Below, piece after piece: positions 41,401 through 55,600 of a stretch of 64,000 nucleotides of DNA (positions are counted from its first letter, which is position 1; each line of letters starts with the position of its first letter). The translations under genes were made by a program, and so were the position numbers. A model generated the notes under the pieces. That model ran no database searches. It worked only from the letters and a program-made list of their open reading frames with translations, and was not told where the DNA came from. Origin of the DNA: Tubulanus polymorphus (lineage: Eukaryota > Animalia > Nemertea); assembly GCF_964204645.1 (NCBI RefSeq), contig NC_134027.1, positions 4,496,485-4,560,484 on the forward strand. The letters run 5' to 3'.

Positions 41401-44400
41401 ATTGGCGGTTTTGGTATAACATGAAGAGGTGGGTTTCAGATCTTTGGACAATAAGAATTTTGATATTTTTCGCCGGTGACGTCACTGCGTCAAGACTGAG
41501 TAAACCTGCCTTCCAGCGGAAGACCCATAAGTCGGCCTGCATGTCTATTTTAGATTATATAAACATATATATAATCGAAAGGAATCACTACCGACAACTC
41601 TGTATTCGATGCACTGTGACGTACTCTGGGAATTATAATTCTATGTTAGTATGCCTACGGTTTCAGCGCATCATATTTTCTGCGGGGGTTTTCATTTTAT
41701 ATTGTAAAGTGTAATTTCAGATTTCTAGGTATTTTGCTAGTCAATGATTAAGTCACTAGAAAGGCCATCTAAAGAGTTACCGAGGGCTTGCGTCACTAGG
41801 CAACCGTCATTCAGTGACAATCGATGACTTATTTTTTGTTCCGAAAAAGGATAATTTACCAACGATTGTCAAGTGCAGAATATGAAAACGAGTAACTATA
41901 CGTCATCACATACTTGAAACTGAACCTCATAATCAATAGCCCGATATATATAGACCTATGAATACAAACAAGTGCACCATAAATAAATGGAAAATCGTAA
42001 TAGAAAAGTCTTAAACTTTTTTCGAATATTGGGCATTGTTGTATATGTAAAATAAATGTCCATATGATTTGAAAACATCGTAGGCATATACATGTTCAAT
42101 CATCATATTATAGTTGATATATCAATTTTACATCTGTCTTTAATGATACTGCAGAGACTGGACGAGTGAAACGTATAAACATTTTCATTTTTACATCTCT
42201 ACGATCTGAAGCTACATGTCCAATATTCTGACAACCAATGCTACAGTACCACCAGTTCATTCATGCGCATGGTACTAGTGGGTGTAACCGTTTTCCAGTA
42301 TCTGATCACACAGATGGGGATAGTATCATAAGCTAATATCACAAAAAAATATTCACAATTCAGAATATCAATTCATACTCTTTGATCCTCAAAGTCTGTT
42401 GTACTGTTTAATGATAATCATTTCACCACTATTCAAAAGTTGTACAATTTATCGAATAACGATGCTGCAAATTTCGTATCATTTATTCAAAATCGAAGGT
42501 CTTTCAGTGATTGAAAAGTGTTAAACGTCGGGACTAAAACATTTTTGCCTATGAAGACATCTCCATTCGCAAATTATCTCAGCAGTAGCATTTCGCTATT
42601 AATTGGCTCAAAACTCATGCACACAATTGAGAGGCACCGGTAATAGCCGTTATTGTGTCGTAATACGAAACAAAAACAGCGTAAAATTCGGAGAATTTCT
42701 TTAGATGGATCCTGTCGTTGTTCGTCAACACACGTGTTCACGATTGGAATAGATATAAACCAATTCAATTCAATCATCTATGATTAAAAGGTCACTACAT
42801 GTAACATTCATATTCACATATATTGCAGGGGGCGCATCCCCTAAAAATGTCTAGTTGCCCTGAAATTTCACGGGAAAATGAAAATGAAAAATTAAACTGA
42901 TACCTAAAAAAGTTTAAATTCATATGCTTGTCTTCTGATTTTCGATGAATGAGTTCATGTTTTCCGATGAGTTTTCTTTCTGAGTGCCCTTTCAATTATG
43001 TCATATGCCCTATTTTGGGGGTGCACCCCTCCCTAAAGCAGACCCTAGATCCGCCACTGCACCGGAGAGGTTGTTATTCCTGGTCGGCATGGGGAACCAA
43101 GGATTCTTGGAATGACGAAAGGTCTTACCACAAAAATGCTTGCCAGCGAATGTTTTTCAAGCGCAATAAGCCGATGATGAGAAACTTCATGAAGATCCTG
43201 ATTGTCGTAGAATCCATCAGCACATCCCCAGCGAAGATCAGTAACGTCCAGAGTATATCCTCGCTCGGCACAGAAGTCGTATAGCTTCGGATATACATTT
43301 TTTATAAAGGCGGACAGTTCTAGACAACTATCTGAAAGGTTTAACACAAAAAGCAGATCTACATACATTAAGAGTTGATATTATCAAAAGCGTAGACATG
43401 AGTATTCCGGCAATGATTATCGTCTGTTCCTGGCTGATTTTGTCACCAGGTATCAGCTTGAACATTTCAGTGATTAAAAATAGTTACCTGACCTCTAATA
43501 AACCCCGAAAATAAATGTTACCGCATCTCTTGACTTATAATGTATCGTGCAGCTCAAGTCGGCATCGTCAATATAGATTAGAAATTCGTCCCCGCATCGG
43601 GAATATATCTTTATCCTTGAAAAACCTATACGTATTTTTCACAAATAAAAACCCACAGTTAGATCTGTAGAAACAGGTTATTTCCTGTATTTTTGTTCCT
43701 CTGAAGATGAGGTTTAGTTTTAACCTCGAAACTGTAAGGAAATAAACTGTTGTTTATTTTGTCCCTCTGAAGATGAGGTTTAGTTTTAACCTGTGGATAG
43801 CCTTATATAATGTGAGTTTATTTCTGTAGCCTGTTATGTCCTACCACACAAGGCTCGTTATCTCTAAGGAAAGAAATGACGCAAAAGGAAAGACAAATTT
43901 TGCCAACCACTAATCAAAAGATTGATGTAACTTTATGGCGCGATCCAGTTAATGATTGTAATGAGGTGCTAACCTTCCAGTCGGTAGGTATACTCTTCCT
44001 AATCATCACGAATTTTCGACCGACATTACTGAACCCTTGTTCTTTCTGCAAGACATCTCAGTACATGTATTTTGTTTCCGAATTGAGTTCGATGTCTATA
44101 CGGAAATAGCTTAGATTAGACCGGAACACATTTATTAAGATTAAAAGGTGATATTGCACTGTAATAGTTGCACCCATAATCTTACGTAACAGCCATTTCA
44201 TATAGATATGTTTCGATCACACTCATTATGATTGTCTCCAAGACACTGCAAGATAAAGATACTCTCCGTCCGGCAATTGGTCAAACCAAACGCCGATCAT
44301 ATCCATTAACTTTATCAAATTCGTTGCATCCTTTTGATTTTTTAATATCTCCTGATGTTATAACGATATGAAATGTTTCTTAGATATATATGCAAAGTGA

Positions 44401-47301
44401 CAAGTAACAGAATTTGAAGTGCCTAGTACCATGGAAACACACCTGATTGCAATAATCTGATTCCAGCCTCGAAAAGCTGTTCACACTAATTGATGGCCGA
44501 GCTCCAAAACTACCTCTCTGCTAGATGTTCCTGGAATAATGGCAGAAAACAGTGAACATGGAAGATCAATTTAAGCCGACCGTATAAATCTTCTAGTAAA
44601 CCTCCATATTACTTAAAGGTAAAACGTCATCTATAAACAAACTTGCACGTCATGTCACGAAGAGGCGTATTCATAATTATTCATCTTGGTTTAACCATGC
44701 GGGCTTACCATGTTTTACTCTAAAGCTATAGTCTTCGTTTAGAGTCAAACTAAATGTTGATTTTTGACGATGTCTGGTGACTTTTATTTCCAGTTTGATG
44801 TGTAAACCAGTGGAACGTAGTAAATACGAATCTTGTGGGCAAAAGTTAGATCGTCGTATTAAATGAACGGGTTTCGTATCTAATTCTCTATTGATATAAA
44901 TATCTGAGCTGGGACATGCTGGACATTATCGTTATAAACGGATTAAACAGAATCGTAATAACGAGGTTCCACTGTACTGTAATGACGCTGTCACCCTCGC
45001 TGAAACATTTATTTTCGGTACTTATTTTTTTGTGTTGCCAGGTCAGAAATATTTTTTTTCTTCAATTTTTTGCTCCCAGGAAATGTGGCTTTTAGAAATC
45101 CTTCATCCAATCTATTTGAAAAAGACATTTAACTGCAGCGGCGAATGACAGCAATAAAGATAAATTGATCTGTTTCTTCAAAGATCGCATTTTCAGGGAT
45201 CTCTCTTTCAAACCAATAGGTTATATTGTTATATTGTACAGTTGATCAAAATTCTGTATTGCCATCTCGTCGATATATCCACTCGAATATTCCAGCAATC
45301 ATAGAAACTTCAAGTATAAACAAACATGCACCCGATACAAGTTAATGACGATGCGTATTGAAGTTTCGTCTTCAATAGACTTCCCCATCTGTGTCAACAT
45401 TAGACATCCATTACTGAATATTACCATATTGATAATTGATGAAATAACAATCGTATATTCGTATTGAAAGTTTGTGTCGATATTGATCGGTTTATAAATT
45501 CACGCTATTATCCTCGGTAAATATGCGTAGCAAGTTATCGCTAAAGCAAACATGAATTATATATTAGACCTAAATTTTAATGAAAGGCTGGTTTTCACGA
45601 ACGGTTTTCAGCTTGCTTTTCCCGCTTTTCCTGCAGGAAGTTCGTGCAAACTGGCCAGATTTGAAATACAGCGCAGGAAGAGAAGAGGCTATTCGTAAAT
45701 TTCCGTGGAAATTGCTGCCTGGAAACCGCCAGTGAAATCCGATATCCAGCGTGGTCGAACAACCAGTTTATACGATTGACGAAAATACTGTTCGAAGTTT
45801 GTTGGGAAAAAATTGAATTCATGAATTCCTCGACCGTAAAATCAATAGAAAAAAAATAGTAGATACATTTTTGACACAACCTTTAGGCTCGATTATAACC
45901 TCCGTTCATGTCCCTATTCAAAACACTCTCACTCGGCAAATATCTACGGAATACCATCGCAAGCACGAATTCTGCAAACCGTGCATGATAAATGAGCTTT
46001 TGAAGCTCGAAATATTCTGATTTATTGATTCGATAGAAGCCAATTTATTCGAGAGAGGAAATAATTTTGGTCTACATCCAGAAATGGACAGCTAGAAATC
46101 TAATAACAATCTATAAAACCGATCAGAACATTACACGAAGATAAACCATGATAAACCGATTTATTTCCAGTCGTGTTTAATACAGTCTGACTAAATTGAA
46201 TGATAGGAAATCTCACGAGATCGTACATTTTCCAGTAACTGTCACAGAACGGAAATGTTTCGTAACAATTTCCTCTTGTTTTTTTTAACAACACAAAGAT
46301 GAAACGACAATTCTCTTGACTTACCGTCAAATAGCGCTGTAACGTGCAGTGATATCAGCTTAGACGGGAGTTTTGTGCTGCAATATCTCTGACGACCAAA
46401 AACTAAGTTTCTTACATTTTCTGGTAGATTGGACAAGTGCGGATGTTTTGGTGCGTTTGTGTCAGTAGTTTTTGGACTGGTTGGTGCTGACCAGTTCTGG
46501 TCCTCGACAGCATTGTTATCAGTTTCTGTTTGATTTAATCCTACGGCCTCCTGTTCCTCGTCGGCGGTGTAGTTATTTGTAACAGTTGCGGGAGCCTGAT
46601 CGTCTTGGATTGTATCAATATGTTTAGGACTTTCGTCCTTTCTTGTATTAGATGGACTCTGATTTCCATTCGAAGTGCTTGCGTCAACATTTTCGTCTGA
46701 AGTCTTTTTTGTAGGGATTACCTTTCTGTAAACACAAAAGATACCGGTTTCATAAACGTATATGTTTTGGGAACTCGGCTGAAATTGGATAATGAATAAT
46801 GATGCGCTAGAATACTTATGCTTATTCTTGTAGGGACTATATTTCTAATATTCATTCCCAAATTCTTATATATATCATGCCCCAAATTCATGTCACAATT
46901 AGTCAGTCCCACATTCAACCTTCTCACTACCCAAATTGTATATATTCTGCCATTCTCAAATTTTCCAGGACCCCGGCTTGACAATCATATTATGATTCCC
47001 GAGGTTCTGGTTATTGTCATGTTAAATGAGTTTAACAAAAGCTAATTCAGATCCCGTTTGAAAGTCTTAAGTCAACGCTGAAAACCCGCCTCAAAGTACG
47101 CATACAAGATTGTATCGTGGAATATCAAACTTTTCTTAGTTTCATAGTTACAAATATATATATATATATGTAGCATTTAACATTAAATATTACATATTTT
47201 TCTAGAAAAAGGCATAAAAAACAGAAGAAACTATTGGGTACTCACGCCTGGGGTTTCGTGATATCCCTGCCGCTAGATGACGTTGAGCAAATTGTTCCCA
47301 T
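35440..47301 (-). CDS. NACHT and WD40 repeat protein (NWD1/NWD2-like STAND NTPase with DUF4062-like domain)
   Basis: Frame-consistent exons approx. 47301-47246 (MGTICS...), 46725-46325, 43331-43129 (VYPKLYDFC...TDLRWG, DUF4062-like), 41327-41024 (WYRLDENHIPPAYILQPI), 40797-40417, 40329-40091 (Walker A GPSGSGKT), 38784-38635, 38207-38004 (Walker B LLWIIDGID), 37874-36237, ~36146-35959, 35884-~35761 and 35669-35440 (WD40 repeats). Confidence 0.88.
43696..43792 (+). ncRNA. Minimal type I hammerhead ribozyme plus truncated tandem copy (Penelope/retrozyme-type)
   Basis: Stem I TTCCT (43696-700); core CTGAAGA-T; stem II GAGGTT/AACCTC; GAAAC-T-GTA; stem I' AGGAA (43737-41), overlapping AATAAA. A second copy 66 nt downstream lacks CGAAAC. 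Confidence 0.65.
44808..44974. mobile_element. Short Tc1/mariner (pogo/Tigger-like) MITE
   Basis: Terminal inverted repeats CAGTGGAACgtagtaaatacgaatc / gaatcgtaataacgagGTTCCACTG (~20/25 match); TA follows the right end. Confidence 0.55.
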
Positions 47302-49643
47302 ATCGATGCGCGTTGAAATGGCATCCGCCGGTTGCGACTGATGGCTGGCGATAGAAATGACGCCCGGTTACCCTGCGACTGATTTCACTGATCGATTAGA
47401 ATATTACGCCAGTCACCATGACAATCCTTCAGTTAAACAACTAGCTTAGCTCTATCTCTATATCAACTATAAAAAAAACAGCGGCGCGGCAAGCATCTGT
47501 AACGTATTATTTCGGATTTTCGTGATCAATTTACATTCACAATCGGGGAGATGGTTCCTTAACAAACCAATAAACGAGTGCTCTCCCAGTGATTTATTTA
47601 GCAGGCAAGTAGACGAGTTCTCATTAGAGCTACACCAGAAAGTACGTTCGATGAAACCGATCTTATATTTTGCAGAGCTCAGATTTGCTAACTCGGGAAT
47701 TTTCACAACCATTCTATATAGGCTCTTAGACATTTTTCACTAAAAAATACCAGGATTTTTGACATTTTATTTGGATTTTTCATATTTTTCCGTCCGGGTA
47801 CAATAACATAGATAATTGATGTTCAACATCTGGATACAGCTTGTATTTCCATCTAGTCCTCTCCACATCAGCAAATAAAAACAAAAACACCAATTAAAAT
47901 ATTATTTATAATAAATTTTATTTGATCACTTAAATTCCATCTCGATATCAATAATAATTTGGCAAATAAAACCGTCAGACAATCGCAATCACAGTTAAAG
48001 TGCTTAGACTCTCACACTTGAACAGAATATTTCGCGGGAATTGTTCCAATAATATCAGAACTGCTCACTGAATACCTCCCACGGAATTATGCCATTTAAT
48101 AAAAATGTTTCCAGAATGTGTTACATTAACGACTCATCATCATTCATGCATCTACAATGGTGAATTATTTATTTTAATACAATTATTTTTCCCACAGCAA
48201 AAAATACATGTATTACGGTAATAGATAATGCCCATACACAGCAAAACTAATTCTTAAGTCGAAATGCGCTTTTCATAATGGAAAATTTGCTCAGAATTTT
48301 GATAATACATTTTCAAATGTTTTTTTGTTTTTGTTGCAATAACTAATAATCTGCGTTAAACATCTCAAATTCACCCTTAGAAACTGGCAAAAGTACAAAT
48401 AACTTTAGTACGAACAAGAGGTGAAACATCGATATAAAACATAGAGCTACAGCGGGGAAAAATAGTCACTTTAGTCCCAGTGAATGTACGGGAAGACACA
48501 TATTTCAAGGCAGGTTTGAACTAAAGAATGGAATCCTACTGAAATTAATACTGAATTTGGTTGCTAGCGTCACTAGTCAAGAATCTATAAGTATTCTCCG
48601 TTAACGAAAACATTCTATGACCAGATAGATGATACAAGCAAGCTCTGAACCGACAAGACACATCTCATAGATCTCTCTTATTACACGATACGGTTTTGAT
48701 GGATTAAGTAATTAAAATAACACCGATTTTGAAGTACTATTTCTGAGTATAAACAAACTGAGACGTATGACAAGTTTACCGGTACATCATCACTAAACAT
48801 CTACTATAAACCATATAGGTGGTGGTTACACCTCATCTTAACAACACCGATGTTCGTCAAGACTTTTTGAAACTATATTTTTAATGTAAGTTATTCTAAC
48901 AGCGCAAATTGTTTTTTTCTTTAACAAACATCGGTGTCATTTGAAGATTCAGTTGAAATCAAACAATGTCCGATACACAAGCCCTGCATATCGCATAACA
49001 TAGCAAATAATACTGGCCCACGTGGTCCGCCCGCGACATTATTTGACATCCACGGAAGTTTCTGAAAGTTGTGACCAAATATTCGTTATCATAATTCATC
49101 AGTATTTCACGGGCACACCGGCAATAAATCATAACCAGACACTTTCGTTGTGGCCCCAATTTGATTCCTCCCCACCCGTACCCGTAGAGACAAAAATTGG
49201 ACCCAGACATTTTAAAGTGCAGAGATTTGTTAATGCGCACGATCACAGCGTGGATAGGAATGAGTTAACATATAATAATATCTTAATACTAATGATATAC
49301 AATTACAACAAAGTAAAGCAGAGTAAAATCCTGCCGATAAATCTTTCGTTAAAAACCGATAATAAATCGATGACGAAAATTCTTCGCATTCTTCACGAGT
49401 TTATATGCGATGACGACGGGCCGAGCGATTATCTGAGTATTGCAACATCACGTCATAACCCTGTGTTCTACATAAATAAATAATCTTCTAAAGCATTTCC
49501 GATATACATCGACAGCGGAGGAGGAAGGATGGAGCATCTCGCACCGTACACCGCCATCATACCTTCACAGCCGATTCATTATTCAATTGCTTTACATTTT
49601 CACGATAGTTTATTATAATTTTAATATGATAACCATTCCATAT

Positions 49644-49658
49644 TGAAAGACTGGTAGT
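49644..49658 (-). promoter_or_regulatory. miR-71 8mer target site with 3'-supplementary pairing in the PPP4R1 3'UTR
   Basis: Plus strand TGAAAGAC-T-GGTAGT, so the mRNA reads ACUACC-A-GUCUUUCA, complementary to miR-71 nt 1-8 and 12-17; ~50 nt after the stop codon. Confidence 0.55.
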
Positions 49659-49699
49659 TATTATATCTCTTCGACTGCAGTACCTAATCAGAAGCACAC

Positions 49700-52600
49700 T
49701 CACACTGGCACCTGAAAATACAAAACACGTAATCAGTGATGGTTTTTTTTATGCGATTAATAAGTTCCAGTAGACTGCTTAGTCGTCGAGTCTTTGATTT
49801 GCTTTGCTTTCCCCCTAACTATTCCTTGACTTTCTCTGCTAAGAATCCGATCATAAAGCAGTCAAACAGGCACGGATACTGCTTGATGATACACCTGATC
49901 CAACTATCTCAAAGAATATCCCTCCTGGTTGTAGAATTTTTTTATATCCCAAAATCCCAAACTCCCTACCCTCTCAAAGAAAATTCTCTGACTTTCCCGA
50001 TTTTGAGTTAAAGTGGCCAGAAAGTAAACGTGACTAATTTACGCTGATCCGAAATGATCACGATTAAACTGATTGATTAAATCTAGTATAATTACCGTAT
50101 CCTCAATGTGTTGACTATTACTATCTGGAGGATGCGATATGAAATGTCGTACATCTTTATCGGCATCAGATTTAAGCGTTTGGATTGTACGCAGCAGTTC
50201 CTCGTGATGTGGATTTTTGTAACTCGTAAAATACTCTAAATGAAATTCAACCACGAAATGCATTACAATCAAATGAAATCATTACATTAGGTGAATTATT
50301 CAGAATTACCCAGGGTGCTTACAGATCAGAGAATCCAGAATTCCTTAACCAAAAATTCTGATTAAATTGTGAGATAGCCTCAGCGGGGGTGTTTCTTACC
50401 TAAGAGGTTCATTGTACCTTTCATTTAAGGGCAAGACTTTTCTCATTGAATGATAAACTAATTTGGAATTGCCAGATCTATTAAGGACCCCGACTGATAC
50501 CCCATACAAACACTCACCTGAATTGATTACATATTTTGCTAGTGTCTTCGCTAATGATATTCGAACATTAGGTATTAAATCAGCACCAAGTAAGTTTAAA
50601 GTAGGCAACAAATCGCGAGCAAATCGTTCATCGGGTAGACTTTTATTTTCTAGTATATTCTCGCATAGTTGACAATACCTGAAACGATACGACATACAAC
50701 CATTAGATGGCACCACTGTACAATAGATCATATCAATACAACAAATTGTACGTTATTGATAGATACTTACGTTTGTCTACCGTACCATTTACAACTCATA
50801 CCATATTTATCAACCAAATCATCGACGAACGACACCAAAAATCTCTCTCCTTTCTCATCGTAAAACTTCTTCAACACGACGCTAACCTGTAACCAAAAAT
50901 GCACCGCGTTATTTGAATCCATCTCGAGGTCGATGTGAAGATATCAAAGATTCATCGACTCACCAAGCGATAAGCCACTCTGCGAACCTCGGCGACTTTG
51001 TCAGACACAAGCGCCATAGATACGTGGACTAGATGCTCACTAATATCATCCGAGCTGTACATATCACACATTAGAATCAGTTGTTCGGCCAATAACATGC
51101 GATAACGCCAGTTACGATTATTATCAGTAGCCATTATATCGGGTAATTTATACAAATAATGCTGTCGTTGATCAGTGACGAGTAACTGCAAGAAAATAGA
51201 AATATTTTCAATTTCTTGTCCAATAAAGAGAGGGAGAGGGTACGGAAAAGATTTAGTAGTTGAATTGATACCTGTATAAACTCAGCTAAATGTCGTACAG
51301 CTCCGATCTTAACTTCGTCGAGGTCTTTGAGGAAGTCGTTGAATATTGGAACTAGATCACGATTAGTAATACCATCTCCTAATATGACACCTAACTCGTG
51401 TATAGAGAACGCAAGCGTCCGCCGTACCTTCCACTACAAAATAGCAAATTCGGAATTAAAAAAAAATTTGAATCGGTTATGTATCAACCTTTTACGGGTT
51501 GGCCACTTTTTCCCTGACTATTTCCCGACAAGTATGTTGTTTTCCCAGACTAGATCTACTAAGAATACGATCAATTAACCGTCAAATACTGAGACATAGA
51601 CAGAATCAGTTTGACCATACACGTGATCTCAACTAATTTCACAGATTATCAGCTATTTTACAACATTTTTTGACTATTTACAAGAAAATAAAATTCCCAG
51701 ACATTTCCATCCCCAATGATTTAAGTACAATTAAATACCTGCATGTCGGCAGCCAATGCTTTATACGTCTCTCGTAAACAAGGCCAGTGCCCGCGCCCAA
51801 GAGTATAAGCGACCGCAGGTAGACTGAACGCGCAGTGTCGCGCGATCTCGGTATCGACGGTCTGCGCGCGAGTTGGATCAATCATGCTGAGGTAGTGATC
51901 GAGTAGCGATTGCGGAATCACGTCCTGCGTCAGATAATTCTGATATTGCTCAAATTGTGCGTCGTCGTCATCGTCGAACAAGTTGTCGCTATTCGTCGAC
52001 ATCAGACTCGTGTCCGGAGTACAAGGCACGTGGTGGTGATGTTGTTGTTGAGCGTTTTCATTGTCGGCGTAGTTTACCGAACGACTGCTTCCATCTGGAA
52101 ATATTGCGTAAAATATAAATTCAAACATTAAATCAATGTGTAGGGTAATTATTAGGATTAAAACGTGTATTCCCGAGATACTTGCTGCATGTTTTAACAG
52201 GGGATATATTAAGGGAATATCATCAGCTAGGCTAAAATAGTGAAAAATCTTTCGTGTCACAGGGCAAAAAAAATAACTGATAAAGCAGAAGCAAGACATA
52301 AACCAGAAATGCTTTCTAGCTTCTAGCTATTTTGTACCAACTAACACAGTCCGCCCAAAAGCCACATCTAATGTTATATCTTGTTTTATACATTCAGCTT
52401 AAGGCCGTACTGGTTTGACAGGTTACTTACCTCTGCCGACGAGAGTGACTGCAGTTTCATGAATTTGTTGGCCTAATACATGCGTACTGCCGATATGGGT
52501 GACAATCTCCGGCTCTTCTTGATGTAAGCTAACGCTTGCAACGTGAACAGTGGAACTAGCTTCATCTTGTTCTTCCGTCGTGTCGTCTGAGCTCGCGTTG

Positions 52601-55600
52601 ACGCTGCTGTCTATTTGCGTATCGTGAAGTTTCTCGGATAATTCGTCGAGTTGAGTCGACTCGCTTGTCGTTTGTTCGCCGCTCTTCGCGCCGTCGCTCA
52701 AATCGATGTCTTTCTCAGCCGTAACGATCTGATTAGAAACGGTGTCTTTAAGACGCGCGACGACGTGAATATTTGCCGGTTTGCCGGCGACCAAATCGAG
52801 ATCGAGATCAATTTCTGGCAGGGGCATATTCCAGAAATTAAAGTCGGAAAAATGAGCGATGTTATCGAGGTGTATATGGACCTTTTCGGCCGAATCCGAT
52901 TGACTCTTCTCCGTTTTTGTGACCGACTTCTCGTCCGATTCGGGCGCGGTCGATTCTTCGGAGCAGATGAGCGAATCCTCGTTTTTATCGACGACCTGGG
53001 CGATTATATCCAACAAACTGACTCCTTTATCTTCTTCATCGTCGTCGTGTTTTACTGTTTCGCCGATCTGATCGCTGCTACTTTCATCGGTCGTGCAGCC
53101 ACCTATTGGAATGCTGCTGCTGCTGCTCGTCTCCTGTTTGTTTTCGATGTAATCTTCTAAATCCTCTTCGCGTTTCTCGTCGAAGTATTTCAAGGCACGA
53201 TACTCTTCAACGGACGTCTCCGACGACTGATCTCCGCTTCCGTTATGAGTAACGGGATTGTCATCACTGCTGCTGCTGTTCTCTGACTTAGCACCGGTTG
53301 GTATCACATGAATATAATTACTACTATTATTAGAAACAGTTACGTCCAAGTCCATATTTTTTTGTTGTTGTTGTTGTTGTTGTATATCACAGTTATTAGA
53401 ATCAGCAGTAGAACTGGAATGTTCCAATTGTCCGAGTGCTGCATTTATATCCGCTTCGTCACTTGAGCTGCTTTTGCTGTCATCAGAATCACAGTCGTCA
53501 TCCCTGTAAAAATAAACAGATTATAGAATCAACTGATTATACCAAGGTTCCTACAATTCCTGGTATCCAGAATTCAACGACTTTTTAAGTAGTAATTTTC
53601 AAAATTCAAGGAGGTTTTCGCGGTCATATATAAGGAAAAAAAAGTCAAAAATTCGAAAACAAAATCCATGTTTTTCCCAAATTTTGATCAGTTGTTTTGT
53701 GTGCCGTTTTGGTTTTACATGTTTAAATCTCAAAGTGAAACAACTTTCACTCACAAGTCACACAATGAAGAATAATAGAATACACTGTCTTATGAAAAGG
53801 ACCTTTTGAAAATTTTTAATAGGACTTTCCCAGAATTTAAGGAGTTTCAAGGAGTTTATGGATATTTCTCAAAATTAAAGGATTTTCAAGGACCTTGAAA
53901 AACATTTTCAAAAATCAAGGAGTTTTCAAGGATTCAAGGAGTTGTAGGGACCCTGTATACAGCCGAGAATGAAATATCAACATAAGATTGGCGATATTAT
54001 AAACCCTTATAACATAAACATATCTTCTGCCCCTACCAGAGTGGATGTCAATATTCTATCAATACCGATTAAATTGCTTTGAAAGGAGCTAATGTAACAT
54101 GTAATAGAAAATTACACCAAAGTTAAGCTTAAATTTTCTGTATATTTTTGGGGGATTTTAACATCTTGCTACTTCAGCAGCCACAATGTCATACATTTGA
54201 CAGCCTCTCTAAAATTCCAGCATATGGAGAATACTGGCAAAGACATTCCATTCAATATTAGGGTCTACAAAATTGACAAGACTCAAATTTGAAAACAGTG
54301 AGTGAAATGAAGAGCCTTTGGTAAAAGATACACGCATAGTGCTTCTTTAAAAAAACAAAAAACAAAAAAAATTCTCTGCGAACAAAATTTCACTAATTGC
54401 GACACATTCATGGAAATGTTCAATTTTTTCCTAAATGTTCAATTGTTTCCTTTTTTCTTAAAATTTTTCACACCCCTGAGTAAACTCTGCTGCCTAACTC
54501 AGAATGGTAAATATTTCATATAGATGTCCAATAAAGACTAAGGAGGGTTTCCTATAGAACTAACTCTTAAAACATACTGCCTAGATTTGAGTACGAGTTA
54601 CTGCACCTACATGACTTACCCATTAGTCGATGGTTTATAGCGTAAAACACCTTCGTCATCGAAGAACAGACCAGTGATTGAAGGATCGGCGAATGTTGAA
54701 ATAAACGGGCCCAAAGCTTCGAATGCAGCGATTCTCACCTGAAAATCAAACAACACTTCATCAGTTCATCATGCAAACACTAGATGGCAGCAGCTTACAA
54801 CCAGCTGTAGCAACGCCTACTTAGATATGATGGTGACGTAACTATGACACGCATCATACGACAATCAATAGAATTCTATCCATAAATAACCTTGTGATTA
54901 CGTCAATAGACTATCCGCTGAAATTCGATTGTCTACCTAAAATGATTACCTATTTGGCTACGTAGACAAAAACGTCACCCAAAGAAAACAACTGTTCTTA
55001 TAATAGGGCCAAAAAACTATTCATAATGTTCTGCTATAAATACTATGAACCTCGTCTATTTCGAGTTCATTTTCAATATTTGTTCCCTCATTGGTAAAAA
55101 TAAAGATATATTAAGACTAGAACAAGCTTAATCTAGATCATTGAAACCAATGAAATTCATTATATTTACATCCACAAAACGAATCTAAAATTTTAGATAA
55201 TTTATGATAGATGGACAGTAAATAATATTAAAATCAAAATCTAACTGATCATAATTAAGTGGGTTTGGCTACTCTGCAAAAATAATTCAGGCGGTTCCAA
55301 AAAATTCCATTGTCATGAATAAGTCTTAGTATCAATTGCAGTAAGTGACTCAAACACAAATAAACATTGCTGCATTTTATATATGTGTGGGTGGAAACAG
55401 GTGGATTTTAATGTCCCGCCAAAAATAGATTTTTTTCACAAAAATGTCTAAAATTCAATTCGGACAATGACGGACTGCCCAATTGTTATTCAAGCGATAT
55501 GTGTCATGATTGAGACACATTGCTCGCTGTTGATATGAGTTAGTATGAGTCAAATTGGCAACGTTCCAAAAACGAAGCTATTGCTAGTGCTGCTGCTGCT

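Noticed and set aside
42826-43040. MITE-like termini (…CTAGATCCGCCACTG; similar fragment near 39130-39170)
   Set aside because: Only one clear terminus and no TSD; too degenerate to call with boundaries
52651-53160. 169-aa plus-strand ORF and the many other plus-strand ORFs
   Set aside because: They are antisense shadows of minus-strand exons or chance ORFs with no recognisable motifs
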